A DNA stretch of 63,802 nt, filler included, from Chiloscyllium plagiosum (GCF_004010195.1; 5 parts of one record of this genome joined end to end with filler, not necessarily neighbours in it), one strand, 5' to 3'. Shown: positions 23,364 through 36,464, counted from the first letter of the whole stretch. Program-made: numbers and translations. Notes: a model not told the origin generated them from the sequence alone.

Positions 23364-24947
23364 TGCATTTGTTGCATTGAATAGCCAGTTTCTGAACTGT
23401 TGGCATTCTATCTTCTCTTAGTGTGTTTCTTTAGCAAATGTTCAGTCACGGGAGAAAAGTGAGGTAAAACTGTCACTTCCCTGTCAGGGATTGATCCATT
23501 ATGCGACAACCAACGGATTCACTTTTGACTGAACTAGCTCCGATTTTCCCTACATTAATAACGGCAGGATACAGCATTAGAGCAGGTTTTAATGTGTTGC
23601 ATTTGACACAACATCCTTTCTCAACATGGACTATACTGGGATATAAAGAGATAATAAAAGACTTGGATGGCGATGACTGGAATGAAAAGACGTTAGGAAG
23701 AATGGACAGCGTTTACTTGGAAACAAAAAAATGGAAACGAAGCCATTAATGTAGTCAAGGGTAATGTCATTTGAAAAGACAAGGCAAGGTTTCAAGGGTT
23801 GGTGGAAAAGACGAATAGATCATGTGTCGTGACACCAGGTAAAACTGAGTTGTGTCCGTTTGGAAGGTTTCCAGGCGATGTCAATTTGGTGAGCGTAAAC
23901 AGGAGGGAAATTCCGTCATTCGGATGGATCTATATCAAGACTATAGAACTTCAAAACCAGCGATGAATGATAAAGAGAAGTTTGGAGCACGTTTTCCTTT
24001 TCCATCTACAGCTATTAAATTCGAAAATGATTACTTTTTCGCTGGAAAAAATAATTCAGAAGCTGATTCTAAAATATTGGTAAAGACGCCTGCAGACACG
24101 CAAGGAATGAATTGCACCGCGACAGGGAGTCTGGGCGGCCATGATGGGTACGCATTCGATGCATTTGTTGCATTGAATAGCCAGTTTCTGAACTGTGGGC
24201 ATTCCATGTTCCCTTATTGTGTTGCTTTAGCACATGTTCAGACAGGGGAGAAAAGTGAGTAAAAACAGTCAAGGCCCCATCAGTGATTGATCCATTGTGC
24301 AACAACCAACGGATTCACTTTTGACTGAACGAGCTCCCATTTTCCCTGCATTGGTAATGGCAGTATCCAGCATTAGAGCGGGATTTCATGTGTTGCATTG
24401 GACCCAGCATCCTTTCTATACTGGGATATAAAGAGATAATAAAAGACATGGATGGCGATGACTGGAATGAAAAGACGTCAGGAAGAAGGGACAGCGTTTA
24501 CTTGGAAACAGAAAAATGGAAAGGAAGCCAACGATGTAGTGAGGGATAATGCCATTTGAAAAGACAAGACGGGGTTTCATGGGCTGGTGGAAAAGACGAA
24601 TAGATCATATGGCGTGACACCAGGTAAAACTGATTTGTGTCCATAGAGAAGGTTTCCAGGTGATGTGAATGTGGTAAGAGGAAACAGGAGGGAAATTCCC
24701 TCATTCGGATGGATCGACATCTAGAGTTTAGAACTTCAAAACCAGTTGATGAATGATAAAGAGAATTTTGGAACCGTTTTCTTTTTCCCTCTACAGCTAT
24801 TGAACTCGAAAATTATTACTTTTTCGCAGGAAAAATTATTCAGAAGCTGATTCTAAAATATTTGGAAAGACGCGTGCAGACACACAAGGAGTGAATTTCA
24901 CCGGGACAGGGAGTATGGACGGCTAGGATGGGTACGTGTTAGGTGCA
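23364..24947 (+). repeat. Diverged tandem duplication, ~796-bp unit x2
   Basis: tgcatttgttgcattgaatagccagtttctgaactg at 23364 and 24160, colinear to ggacagggagt...gatgggtacg. Confidence 0.93.
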
Positions 24948-25096
24948 CACTCTCGAATTGGTTAATGTTAATTGGAAAGAAACCTCATAACACCTGCAAA
25001 GGAGCACAACTCAGTATAGAATGTGCTGATTGTGAGGAAAGGTTTAGCAGCTTGTTCCACATGAACTTCTATANNNNNNNNNNNNNNNNNNNNNNN

Positions 25097-25599
25097 CTTG
25101 GGAGCCTCCTGCGAAGCGCTTCTGTGGTGTTTCCTCCGGTATTTAAAGTGGCCTGTCGCTGGCGCTTCCGGTTGTCAGTTTCAGCTGTCCACTGTAGTGG
25201 CCGGTATATTGGGTCCAGGTAGTGGACCTATGATGGTAGTGTTGTCCCAGTGGTACGACACGACCAGCTATCCTTAGCAGCCACACATGCAGACAATAAG
25301 CAACAGGAATTCGTCGGGGACAACACTACCATCATAGGTCAAGCCAAACAAAGAACAGCCAGGGAATTCCTACACAAACTCCATCAACAAACACATCGAC
25401 CTGGACCCAATATACCGGCCACGTCAGCGGACAGCTGAAACTGACAACCAGAAGCGGCAGGGACAGGCCACTATAAATACCGGAGGAAACACCACAGAAG
25501 CGCTTCGCAGGATGCTCCCAAGCACTGAGGATGTCAACTAGTCAGGGGACGAAACGTTTGCAACAAAAATTTCCAGCTCGGCGAACAGAACCACAACAA
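25097..25599 (+). mobile_element. Young Penelope-like element with inverted terminal copy; hammerhead motif at 25522-25561
   Basis: 25097-25220 is the reverse complement of ~25399-25522. The motif reads GCA CTGAGGA T GTC...GAC GAAAC GTT TGC. Confidence 0.85.
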
Positions 25600-26225
25600 C
25601 ATGATTTCTATATTTATTGACCTACGATGTTGATGCCAATGGCTCACATTGTAATGGGATTCATCAACAAGAGAACTTTTCAGGATTAGCACAGTTCTGT
25701 CTTATGTGCAGGGGGTGATTGCACAAGCACAGTATCAAGCTTCCTCGGGGCAAGACCAAAAGATGTTGGAAAGAGTTAACATTTTCGGTCCAGTGACGCT
25801 GTCCCTAGCACTGATGGTTTTCAGAAAAATTTTGGTCGAGACGCAGAAGATATGTGGGGGTGCAATAATTAGGAGGAAACAAGATGTCGGGATAGAGCCG
25901 AAAGAGAGAGACTAACTGTCTGACATAGGAATCGATAATGATTTGTTTGGAGCATTAAAAACTGATCACGGAGACTGTTTATGACGAACCATAGGTAGTG
26001 TGCATTGGCTGCTATGCTATGACTAGGCCGGGTGGGTGTGGCGGGGGCCAGGACATGGGAGGCTTCAGGCCTCTAAAATGATTGAAATTAAAATGGAGGG
26101 TTGCAGTGTCCTCAAACAGAAAATGGTCTGTTGCTTTTTTAGCATGTGGTGAGCTATGGTGGAACACTGCAGTAAGCCTGAGATAGAGACGTTGGTTAGG
26201 AAACATAGTTCTGTGCTAAAGGAGC

Positions 26226-26776
26226 AGTCAGTTTCAGCTATCTGCTGTACTGGCCGGTATATTGGGTCCAGGTCGATGTGTTTGTTGATGGAGTTTGTGA
26301 GTGAGTGCCATGCCTCTAGGAATTCCCTGGCTGTTCTTTGTTTGGCTTGACCTATGAGGATAGTTCACAAAATCCCATGCAAGGATTGCACAAAACGCTA
26401 TATAGGACAAACAGGAAGACAGCTAACGATCCGCATACATGAACATCAACGAGCCACGAAACGACACGACCTTAGTAGCCACACACGCAGACGACAAGCA
26501 ACATGAATTCGACTGGGACAACACTACCATTATAGGGAAGCCAAACAAAGAACAGCCAGGGAATTCCTAGAAGCATGGCACTCATCCACAAACTCCATCA
26601 ACAAACACATCGACCTGGACCCAATATACCGGCCACTACAGCGGACAGCTGAAACTGACAACCGGAAGCGGCAGGGACAGGCCACTATACATACCGGAGG
26701 AAACACCACAGAAGCGCTTCGGAGAACAGAACCACAACAACAAGCATCCGAGCTGCAAATCTTCTCCCAAACTTTG
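26226..26776 (+). mobile_element. Penelope-like element: GIY-YIG endonuclease 3' part preceded by an inverted copy
   Basis: From 26360 it reads IVHKIPCKDCTKRYIGQTGRQLTIRIHEHQRATKRHD, later REFLEAWHS..NSINKHIDLDPIY. 26226-26359 is an inverted copy. Confidence 0.92.
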
Positions 26777-29700
26777 AATATAAATCATGTGCTTGGGATT
26801 TGTGCTGCAGTTCTAAACAACAGAGAGCAAAATCTCCGTCATGTCAGATGGGAACAGATAGGAATCTCCACAAGAGGCGGAAGTAAGTGAATGTTTTTCA
26901 GTTGGAGAAAATTCAAACCATTTCTCACTGTAATAGCCTGTGGCTATCAAATCAAAGTGTTTTATGACCGCAAAGGTTTAATACAGCGTTTTTAGTTTAA
27001 AATATCTGAATGCTCTCCTTCCAGTGTAACAGTACAGTTGTGTCAGCAAAGGGGATAACTGAGTGAATCAATTTACTTGTTCAGCTAGCGAACATTCCTG
27101 TTGTGGTAAGATATAGGGGCAGAATGTAGGAAGAGGGATGGAAAGGTTCTGAAGAAGTTTGACACAGGGACAGAGGAAGTGTTCGTGGTTCTAACCGGCT
27201 TGAAGTGGGCATTTTCCCAATTCAGGACGCACTTGTATCTTATGTTCCTCTCTGTGGGAAGGGAGAAAATTATAGGTGTTCTGAGCAATGTTTAACTTTC
27301 CACTTTGGGTTTGTAGTGGACTGGACTAATGCAGTTCCACTTTTCAGCAAGATTGGGAGAGATAAACCAGAGAATCACACAGTGGTGAGTCTCACATCAG
27401 TTAAAGGGAACCTTTTGGAGCATACCCTGAAGGAGAGAATTAACAGCCACTTGTCCAGGCAAGGTTTCATCAGGGAGAGTCATCACGGTTTTGTTACAGA
27501 ATGTCATGCCTAACAGATTGGATTAAATATATTTCATTGGCAAGCGATCAGATTTTTTATAACGAGGGCAGTAAAGTTGATGTTGTTTGTGTGGATTTCA
27601 ACATAGCCTTTAACATGACACCACACTGGAGACTGGTAAGAGGATAAAAGTGAAAACGGATTTAAGGTCGCCAGGCAACTTGGATCCAAACTTAATTTGG
27701 TGGTGGTGGGAGGCACAGGATGGTGATAGAAGGCTGTTTGTGTGACTGGAACTGGTATTCAATGGTGTAACACACAAGGATGAATGCTGGGTCCCATGTT
27801 GTTTGTGAATCTGTGTCAAGAATATAGAACAAATTGTGGGAAATGAGAAGCAGAGTTGTCGATGATACGAATATGAGCAAAGTGGTTAATAGTGAGGAAG
27901 AAGGTCTTAGGATGGAGGAGCTCAGAGATGGATTTGTCAAATGTCACATTCAGATAGGGGATGTTGAAACTAACCATGAAAATCATGTGGTAATGCACAT
28001 TGGAAGTAACACATCAACGGATGACTCAATGAATGGCAGGACACGCGGAAACCTGGAAGAACATATAGACTTTGCATGTTGGGCCACATATCCGTGAAGG
28101 CAGCAGAACATCGTGAATATCACAACTTTATCAGTCAAGGCAAAATCTATAAGAGCAGATAAAGTGGTGTCACAAGTAGACAAGATGGTGAAGAACGTAC
28201 TTGGCACACCTTTTGTCAGAAAGTCGATTATCCAAGTTAGAATATCATGTTGTGGCGATATAGAACATTGGTGAGATCACATTTAGAATACTGATTGCAA
28301 TTATGGTCAACTTCCACAGGAAGGATTTTGTGAAAATTGAAACTGTCCACGAACGATTTACAAGGATGTTACGGGGACCTGAGGGCTTGAGTAAAGCGTG
28401 GAGATGGGGTAGGCAGGGGCTTTTTCGCAGGAATGTTCCAGGTAGCGCGGAACGTTCTCACCATTTATAAAATGCTGAGGGCGATGGATAAGCAACTGGC
28501 CTAAATCGTTTGCATAGAATGATGAAGTTCAAAACTAGAGGGCACAGTTTTAAGGTGACAGGCACTGGGACAAACTAAATAAGGTATAGAGAGTGAGAGA
28601 ATGATGGTTGATTTCCAACAGTCATTGCTTCAGCTCAGTTTTCAGTTTTAAAAACAAACATTTTTTTTTGTGAAAGTAGTTTGGTGGTTAAGTCGTGAAT
28701 GGAACGATAGGGGTACTAAAATTGAGTGGTGTACCGATGAATAAGTGAGTGGGTACAATATTGTCCAATGCACTATGAAATGGAGAATGTCATATGTATA
28801 AGGAAAATCAATAAAGATCTTTTAAATTAAATGTGATGTTGCAGGACTCTGAAATACACACCAAACTGGCTGTGCTGGGATATGAGTCACATTGACTTTT
28901 CTGCAGGAGCATCAACTGATTCGGAAAGCAAAATGATATTTTTCATGTGTTCAGCAGTGGCGAAGCCAATGTATATTCCTCCATTCCTATAAGCACTTGA
29001 CGAGTTGAGTGTGCATTGCCTGATCGAAACATTCCAGTTCATGAAACTCTTTTTTCTTTTGAGAAACAGAATGTAGCAGTTATTAAACTGCAGCTTTCTC
29101 TTTTCCTGTACCAATTTTAATATTCAAACATTCAGTTGAACTGACAGAATGCTGAATTCTGCAACAATTATTTCTTTTCTCTCAGACATTCAGCCCCTGC
29201 AGTTTTCTTTTCTTTAGTGATATGAATGACCTGATATTTATGGGGAAAAGAATGTTGAATTTGTTTTGCATGCGACAGAAGAATCAACTGAGTGGTGACA
29301 GGTGTATCTTAATTTTCCTATGCAGTTGAGCTGAGGTGGTGTCCAGTTAAAAGTGTGGATCAGGAAAAGTACACCAGGTAAGGCAGCATCCATGGAGTAG
29401 GAAAGTCGATGTTTCGACCATAATTCTTTCGTCAGTATAATTGGAAACATTGACACTCCGGGTCCTCAGATGTTGCCTAACTACTGTGCTATCTAGCGCC
29501 ATCCTTCCTGACTCTAATCTCTCGCATCTGCAATCGTCGCCTTCTCCTCAGTGGGGTAGTGTTAGGTACAATTCCTGAGATGTAACAACATGTTCGTAAT
29601 GATAATTTGGAAATTCAGTTGGAAGCTCATCATTGATGCAATTCATTCTCCCCCTCCCATTCTGCCAAGCACATGCAGGTCCTGCGCCTCCTTCATTGAC

Positions 29701-29945
29701 ATTCCCTAAACACCTAACACCTGAAAGAAGAAGGCCTCATCGCCCTCTTGGGCCCTTGATGCCACATGGGATCACCAGTTTCCTCATTCGTCCTTCCCTT
29801 ACGCTATTCTAGTTTCATGATTCCAACTCAGCATTGCCCTCATGACCTGCACATCACCTTTCCAACCTACCCGCTCCACCTCTTGTCAGAACTCCACCTT
29901 TACCTTCTCATCGCATTCTCAGCTATCACGCCCCCAAACCCCCAA
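26777..29945. repeat. Inverted copy of duplication arm A (7040-10260), running into a gap
   Basis: See 7040-10260. Confidence 0.95.
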
Positions 29946-30902
29946 NNNNNNNNNNNNNNNNNNNNNNNNNNNNNNNNNNNNNNNNNNNNNNNNNNNNNNN
30001 NNNNNNNNNNNNNNNNNNNNNNNNNNNNNNNNNNNNNNNNNNNNNNNNNNNNNNNNNNNNNNNNNNNNNNNNNNNNNNNNNNNNNNNNNNNNNNNNNNNN
30101 NNNNNNNNNNNNNNNNNNNNNNNNNNNNNNNNNNNNNNNNNNNNNNNNNNNNNNNNNNNNNNNNNNNNNNNNNNNNNNNNNNNNNNNNNNNNNNNNNNNN
30201 NNNNNNNNNNNNNNNNNNNNNNNNNNNNNNNNNNNNNNNNNNNNNNNNNNNNNNNNNNNNNNNNNNNNNNNNNNNNNNNNNNNNNNNNNNNNNNNNNNNN
30301 NNNNNNNNNNNNNNNNNNNNNNNNNNNNNNNNNNNNNNNNNNNNNNNNNNNNNNNNNNNNNNNNNNNNNNNNNNNNNNNNNNNNNNNNNNNNNNNNNNNN
30401 NNNNNNNNNNNNNNNNNNNNNNNNNNNNNNNNNNNNNNNNNNNNNNNNNNNNNNNNNNNNNNNNNNNNNNNNNNNNNNNNNNNNNNNNNNNNNNNNNNNN
30501 NNNNNNNNNNNNNNNNNNNNNNNNNNNNNNNNNNNNNNNNNNNNNNNNNNNNNNNNNNNNNNNNNNNNNNNNNNNNNNNNNNNNNNNNNNNNNNNNNNNN
30601 NNNNNNNNNNNNNNNNNNNNNNNNNNNNNNNNNNNNNNNNNNNNNNNNNNNNNNNNNNNNNNNNNNNNNNNNNNNNNNNNNNNNNNNNNNNNNNNNNNNN
30701 NNNNNNNNNNNNNNNNNNNNNNNNNNNNNNNNNNNNNNNNNNNNNNNNNNNNNNNNNNNNNNNNNNNNNNNNNNNNNNNNNNNNNNNNNNNNNNNNNNNN
30801 NNNNNNNNNNNNNNNNNNNNNNNNNNNNNNNNNNNNNNNNNNNNNNNNNNNNNNNNNNNNNNNNNNNNNNNNNNNNNNNNNNNNNNNNNNNNNNNNNNNN
30901 NN

Positions 30903-32350
30903 TTCTGGAATTAGCAGACATGCTGGGATTGTATTTGCCTCTTTCTGTGAGGAAAGGAGAGATCATTCTCGCAATAGCTCAGCATTTAACTAAGGTGGAA
31001 AATCCATGAGTATTTTTAGAGATGGTTAAAATTTATTTGAAAATGAAGCAGCTTGAGTTAGACGCAAGAGATAAGGAAAGGACACCAGATTTAAAGCAGT
31101 ATGAGATATACGATTCTCAGCTCCCAGAATACAATTTGTGCTTGCAAGTGATATAGCTCAATCACCGGTAAGCGTGCTGCCTACTCCAGTTGAAAAGCCA
31201 GTCAAGATGCAGGCAAGTGCCGCAATGCAGGAAGTTTATCAAGGAATTTTCTCCGATTGTGTCTTAATGCGATCACAGAGTCACAAGCTGAAGCAGAAGA
31301 AATCAAAAGGCACGGCTAAGGAAGCTGAAATATGGTAACAAAATATTTTTTATCAGATAAGTGGGACACTGCAGGGGACAAGCGTTAAAATGCAAGTATA
31401 TTCAGCTCTGCTATGCTACTGACTTACAGCAGAAAGATGAAAAAATAAAGCAGTTGGATCAGAAGACATGCACTTGGAAGGAGAGTGAATGCATCCTCGT
31501 GTGATATTGCTTAGCAAATGATATGTTAAGGAGGAATTGGAGAGGAACACATATTCAAGCAAGTGAGAAATGGGCAGAACTTTTTTTCCAGTAGGGTACA
31601 GAAAAGTCGTGCTGCGAGTTCCGCATGTGCCACAAATTGGAGGTTATTTCGGCATGAGGAAAACGGAGGCTAAAGTACAAAGATATTTTTACCGGCCTGG
31701 ATTGCAGGGGAATGCATTTGAATTTTGCCAGACGTATCATACGTTGCAACTAATAGGAAAACCATGGGAAATAATAAAGACTGCACATTTAATACCTATC
31801 CCAGCGTTCGAGGAATCTTTCCTAAGTGTCTTCATTCGTTGTGTAGGTTCCCTGCATCCAATAAAAGATGGCAATAAGCATTAATTAACAGAAATTGATG
31901 TATTGACGAGATTTCCAAATGTTGTTCAATCGTGCAATATGACAGCTAAAAGGATTGTGGTAGAAGTACGATCTTTTAAAATCTAGATTAAGACTACCAT
32001 CAGAGATACAATTAGCTCAATGGCCAAACTTCATATCCAAACTTTTCAAGGAGTATATAGATAGTTTGNNNNNNNNNNNNNNNNNNNNNNNNNNNNNNNN
32101 NNNNNNNNNNNNTTAATTAATTAANNNNNNNNNNNNNNNNNNNNNNNNNNNNNNNNNNNNNNNNNNNNGATTGTTAGCAGTGGGTCTGCTCCACTCACGG
32201 CATTGTTAATAACAGGCTAGAAATTTCAGTGTACACAAGACTTTCAAAATGTATTTGCCAGCCTAAATACATTGTTACCCATTGCCAAAGTATCATCCAC
32301 AACTAATTACAAGAAAGCTTTCAAGGTGCCCATCGATGCAAGTGATGTGC
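30903..32350 (+). mobile_element. Degenerate Gypsy LTR retrotransposon pol, integrase upstream of RT-RNase H linker (Gmr1-like order)
   Basis: ORF 31570..31884: VLRVPH..IGGYFGMRKT..KVQRYFY.PGL.....FCQTYH.LQ..GKP....AHLIPIPAFEE.F..V.I.CVG.L (integrase zinc-binding region and core). After the gap: APLT.LL....F....F..L.....NYKKAFKVPIDASDV. Confidence 0.8.
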
Positions 32351-32740
32351 CTGCCTCTCTTCTTCTGCCCCTCTAATTTCGACCTTTCAACTTGTTTCAT
32401 CTTTACTCAGTGTTTACGGGGTATAATTATCAGGAATGTTGCGTACTTTTGGAAAAGCATAATTAAGTCTATTTTGGATAGCTGAGTTCTGTGGATATTC
32501 TATGTTCCATTCACTGTGTTTCGTTCCTTAATATTGTGAATAATTTTCTCTCTGTTTTAAAAACTGGAAGTCAAACTAACTAAAATATTCAGAGTAAATT
32601 TTACTATATATTCACCAAAACAAATAAGGACGTTACGCTCTGCATTGCCAGCATAAGAATGTTTTGAGTGGTGTGGTCGAGGCAAAACGGGTTTGTTTTT
32701 TCTCAGGGCACAGTTAATTGTGCGGAAACATACTTTTTTT

Positions 32741-33030
32741 TAGATTAGATTACATTAAAGTGTGGAAACAGGTCCTTTGGCCCAACAAGTCCACACCGAC
32801 CCGCCAAAGCGTAACCCACCCATACCCTTACATTTACCGCTTACCTTACGCTACAGGCAATTTAGCATGGCCAATTCACCTGACCTGCACATCTTTGGAC
32901 TGTGGGAGGAAACCGGAGCACCCGGAGGAAACCCACGTAGACACGGGGAGAATGTGCAAACTCCACACAGTCAGTCGCCTGAGGCGGGAATTGAACCCGG
33001 GTCTCAGGCCCTGTGCCACCGTGCCACCCA
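32741..33030 (-). mobile_element. HE1-like tRNA-derived V-SINE, well preserved
   Basis: tRNA-like head (ggttcaattccc), V-domain gtgtggagtttgcacattctccccgtg...gggtttcctccgggtgctccggtttcctcccac, and LINE-like tail ending (taatc)n. Confidence 0.92.
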
Positions 33031-33514
33031 CTTGACATGTACGAAATAATGAGGAGCATGGAATTACAGATTGAAGGTAATATTTGCTCTTGATCGATCA
33101 CCAGGGTTTGTAGATTTCAGATAAGATGCAGAAAGCTTTGAATAGACTTGTAGGAAAACTTTATCAGTCAGCGAGTGGTAGACTCTGGAACTCACGCTCT
33201 ATAAAGATCAGTTGGACAGTTAAACCTTCACTCTTCTCTGATTCCACTGGCCAAAGAGTTTCGAAAAACGCTCAAAGCCGAGCATCACCGCGAGCAACAG
33301 TTATTCGATCAGTGGCTTTATGAAATGGAAAGGTGCTCATGAGTATCGTGTGCGATTATTTGGCTTCCCTCCTGTGATGACGCTGGAACATTGACTTTCA
33401 TATTCCCGAGTACATTTAATGAAGGCATTCTCTTTCCTGCAGATTAGGAACTCCAACCATATTTCGACTTCAGAAAAATCAGTTTTTATGCGTATTAAAA
33501 GTCTGCACAGTCAC

Positions 33515-33587
33515 CGAGCCAGGTAGGATTCGAACCTATAATTTCCTGATCTGTAGTCAGGCGCGTTATCTATTACGCCACTGGCAT
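33515..33587 (-). pseudogene. tRNA-Arg(ACG)-derived pseudogene, anticodon now ACA
   Basis: The - strand reads atgccagtggcgtaatagataacgcgcctgactACAgatcaggaaattataggttcgaatcctacctggctcg. Arg-ACG body, intact B box, first two acceptor pairs broken, G18 mutated. Confidence 0.88.
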
Positions 33588-34823
33588 GATGCACGGCCTT
33601 AAGAGCCATGATGTTAACACGGACATCGTTAATAGCAGTCATGTTCACCAATTGAACAAGCGATAAAGATAATTACCGTCACTGCTTCAGTCCAATCTTC
33701 ATCACCCTTCAAAGCAGCGAATTTTCAAAAAAAAAAACACATATGTCCTCATGAAGCTTCCATTCACACTCTGACTGGTCAGTCATTCAATGTTATCACT
33801 GCTGATCTGATGAATTTCGTATCCACTTCTTCAGCATAACTGACGTGAACGTGAGCCTCATCACCACATCGGATATACCAGTTAATTTTCTGAGGTCTCG
33901 ATTACAGTAACGACCTTTGCGAGTATGCAGGAAAGTGAACACTGTGAACTGAGCAAAGAAATCTCTTCATGGAAACTAATCCAGTGCAAGGTCAACCATT
34001 TCAGGACGGGCAGAAGACATAAAACATTCCTCTGCTTCTCTCTGCACAGATGCCTGTCCAAGAATTGACTACTTGCAGAACTCTTTTTGTAATTTAGACT
34101 GTCCCAGTTGCAGATATTCTCTCAATTCACAAACAAGTATCCTGCTGAAAACTACTTCAGTTAAGATTAAAATAGTTGACTATCTTTTCGCCCAGCTGAT
34201 GTCCCAATGTTCCCTGTTCCATGTCAATACAAGTTCTTGCATGTGAAAGTGGAGCTCCCAGCCTGATGTCCCACTGCTTCTTGATGCGTGGGAAATGCTT
34301 CGTTAAGACGGGAGCTTTTAGCCTCGATATTTCACGCACCTCTGTATCATCAGTGAATGGCAATCCGCTCACCGATTGCATTTTCACAGCCACATGCTCG
34401 CGCTCAACGCGATCACCATTTCCAATTAGTATTGGGTGCAGTGCGGCTCAATTTCTCTGATTCCACGCCCTTGAACTGGGATTATATGACATGCCATTAT
34501 ATGATCACGTCAATGAGTGAGTAAGTTGGTGAAGTAACCGATGTTAAAATACAGTGTTATTGAGAACAACATTTCAGCAATGTCCTGCAGTATCCCATGA
34601 TCATTTGACGTTTTGTAGATATCTCGCAAACGTAATATCCGACAACCTCAGTGTTGCAATCACTACAGTCTCTCGGGACACAGAAGTGAAAGATTCAACC
34701 GAATCTGAGTTCCCATATCTCAGTCACTGTTTCACAAGTATTCCTTTGTGCGAGTGGTTCTGTTCCTGGCATAATCTCTGCCATGATCCTTCTTGCTTTT
34801 TGCATCGTGATTTTCCATGTGGC

Positions 34824-34895
34824 ACCAGTATCATGAAATGGTTCTTCCTTGGCATTGTAAACATAGCAAGTTCTGCTCGAATCACAGTGACAGCA
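34824..34895 (+). pseudogene. tRNA-His relic (heavily decayed)
   Basis: 72-nt ungapped, syntenic with the His pseudogene at 4076-4146. Retains tcgaatc...gtgacagca. Confidence 0.55.
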
Positions 34896-35916
34896 ATCGG
34901 CATTTTTCCCGTTTTACTCCATGTACTATATGCTTAGCAAACGCTGGGAAAATCAATCTTTTTTTTACATAAAAATACTCTTCGTGGTGATCAGTTTCCT
35001 TCTTCAAACACCCGCTGACTCACATCTTTGCGTTTCACATATCATAACCACCCTTTATCGGAGTAACCTCTCCCTCCCACAAGAAATAACTCGCCTAAAC
35101 GTCCACCCTCCCATTTCACTGAGGTATTGCGCAATATAATACTGGCATTTACACTGTTCATTCTGTACTGCTGCGGTCACTGTTTTGGGTGAAAGTGCTC
35201 ATTCCCATGTTCGGCATTTTCAAGCAATTCAATCCATTTAGATGCAGCTATTCTGTAATTAATTCTCCTGTAGCAGCTTTTACTGACACGGACAAGACAT
35301 GACTGGAACATCGGGCTCAGCATAAGTGCATAGCGCAGGATTGAGCAAAAGATGATTTATTGGAAACGGCAAGTTTCTGTGGCTTTCTCCAGTCATTTAT
35401 TTCATTTGTTCATTCGGTTCCCCCGAAATATTGCGTGCAGCTCTGCAATTCACATTACAGTAGTCTTGTGATCGCACTGGAAACCGTGCAGAAATTGAAA
35501 AGTTTAGGTTATGAAGACAGATTGTTTTGACAGTAGTTGTTTTCTTATGGCAGAGGAAACTGTGAGGATGCATGTTTCATATGCACTAAATAATGAGCAC
35601 CATGGACAATGCAGACTAAAAGAAACGTTTCCTCTTGACCGATCAACAGGGGCATAGACTGAAGTTAAGAGGTGGAAAGGGTTGAGGAGATATGTCGAAA
35701 AATCTCTTCAGCAAGGGGATGGTTGAATCTGGATTGAGTGTCTGAAGAGATGCACAGAGGCGAATCCGCATAACCTTAAGAAATACACGGATCTGAACTT
35801 GAGTTGTTCATGCATACAAGGCCAAGTGATGAAAATGAATAAAGATAGTTAAGCGATTGCATCTTCAACGACCTTCAGGCCCGTCATTCTACACATACGT
35901 GGTATTCGTATAGCTG

Positions 35917-35988
35917 TCCGTGGGGGGCTAGCAGTTCTATTCTTTCACTTTCTTCGTTGTGACCCGGCTTTGATTCTCAGTCTGGGAG
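35917..35988 (+). pseudogene. tRNA-Glu(TTC) relic
   Basis: tccgtggggggctagc...ctttc...gacccggctttgattctcagtctgggag aligns ungapped to tRNA-Glu. Confidence 0.6.
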
Positions 35989-36464
35989 TTGGGGTTTGTT
36001 TCGATCCAGACAGCGACATCAGCAAAAGCAGACCACCTGCAACTGGTGTGATTTTAGTCCCTCAGATCAATTAATGACGTCGAGAAATGAGAGACGATGT
36101 CCCAGCCTCTGAAAGAAGGGGGGCGGTGCCTCGGCCGTCTCTGCTCATTCAGACAGTTCACTCTCCATTCTCCTCTGATTCCGCTTCCTAACGATTTTCC
36201 CAAAATTGTCAAAGCTGAGACTTGGCTCTGTGTCTTGTTTCCTTGACAATCGCAGGTGCCGCAGTGAATCTCGGAAGGTTGACAGGTGTAAAGGGCAGCG
36301 TGAATGACGAATTCAGCTTCCCCTCCATTAATGACTCTGTGATATTGACTCTGACGGTCGCAGGGGCATTTAATGAAGGGATCCTTGTCCCTGCAGTTCA
36401 AGTTGCAAACCTCATTTCGTCTTCAGATCAGTCATTTGTAAGTGCAATAAAGTCAGTGCTGCCC

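Larger units (their letters stand above)
33215..35120. repeat. Old tRNA-bearing unit (Arg on -, His on +); direct paralogue at ~36150-38015, inverted paralogue within ~2970-5300
   Basis: Shared anchors: catttaatgaagg...cctgcag (33414/36367); gatgtcccaatg (34198/37155); caggctgggagctcca (4617 vs rc 34250); tttccaataaat (3630 vs rc 35357). Confidence 0.85.
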
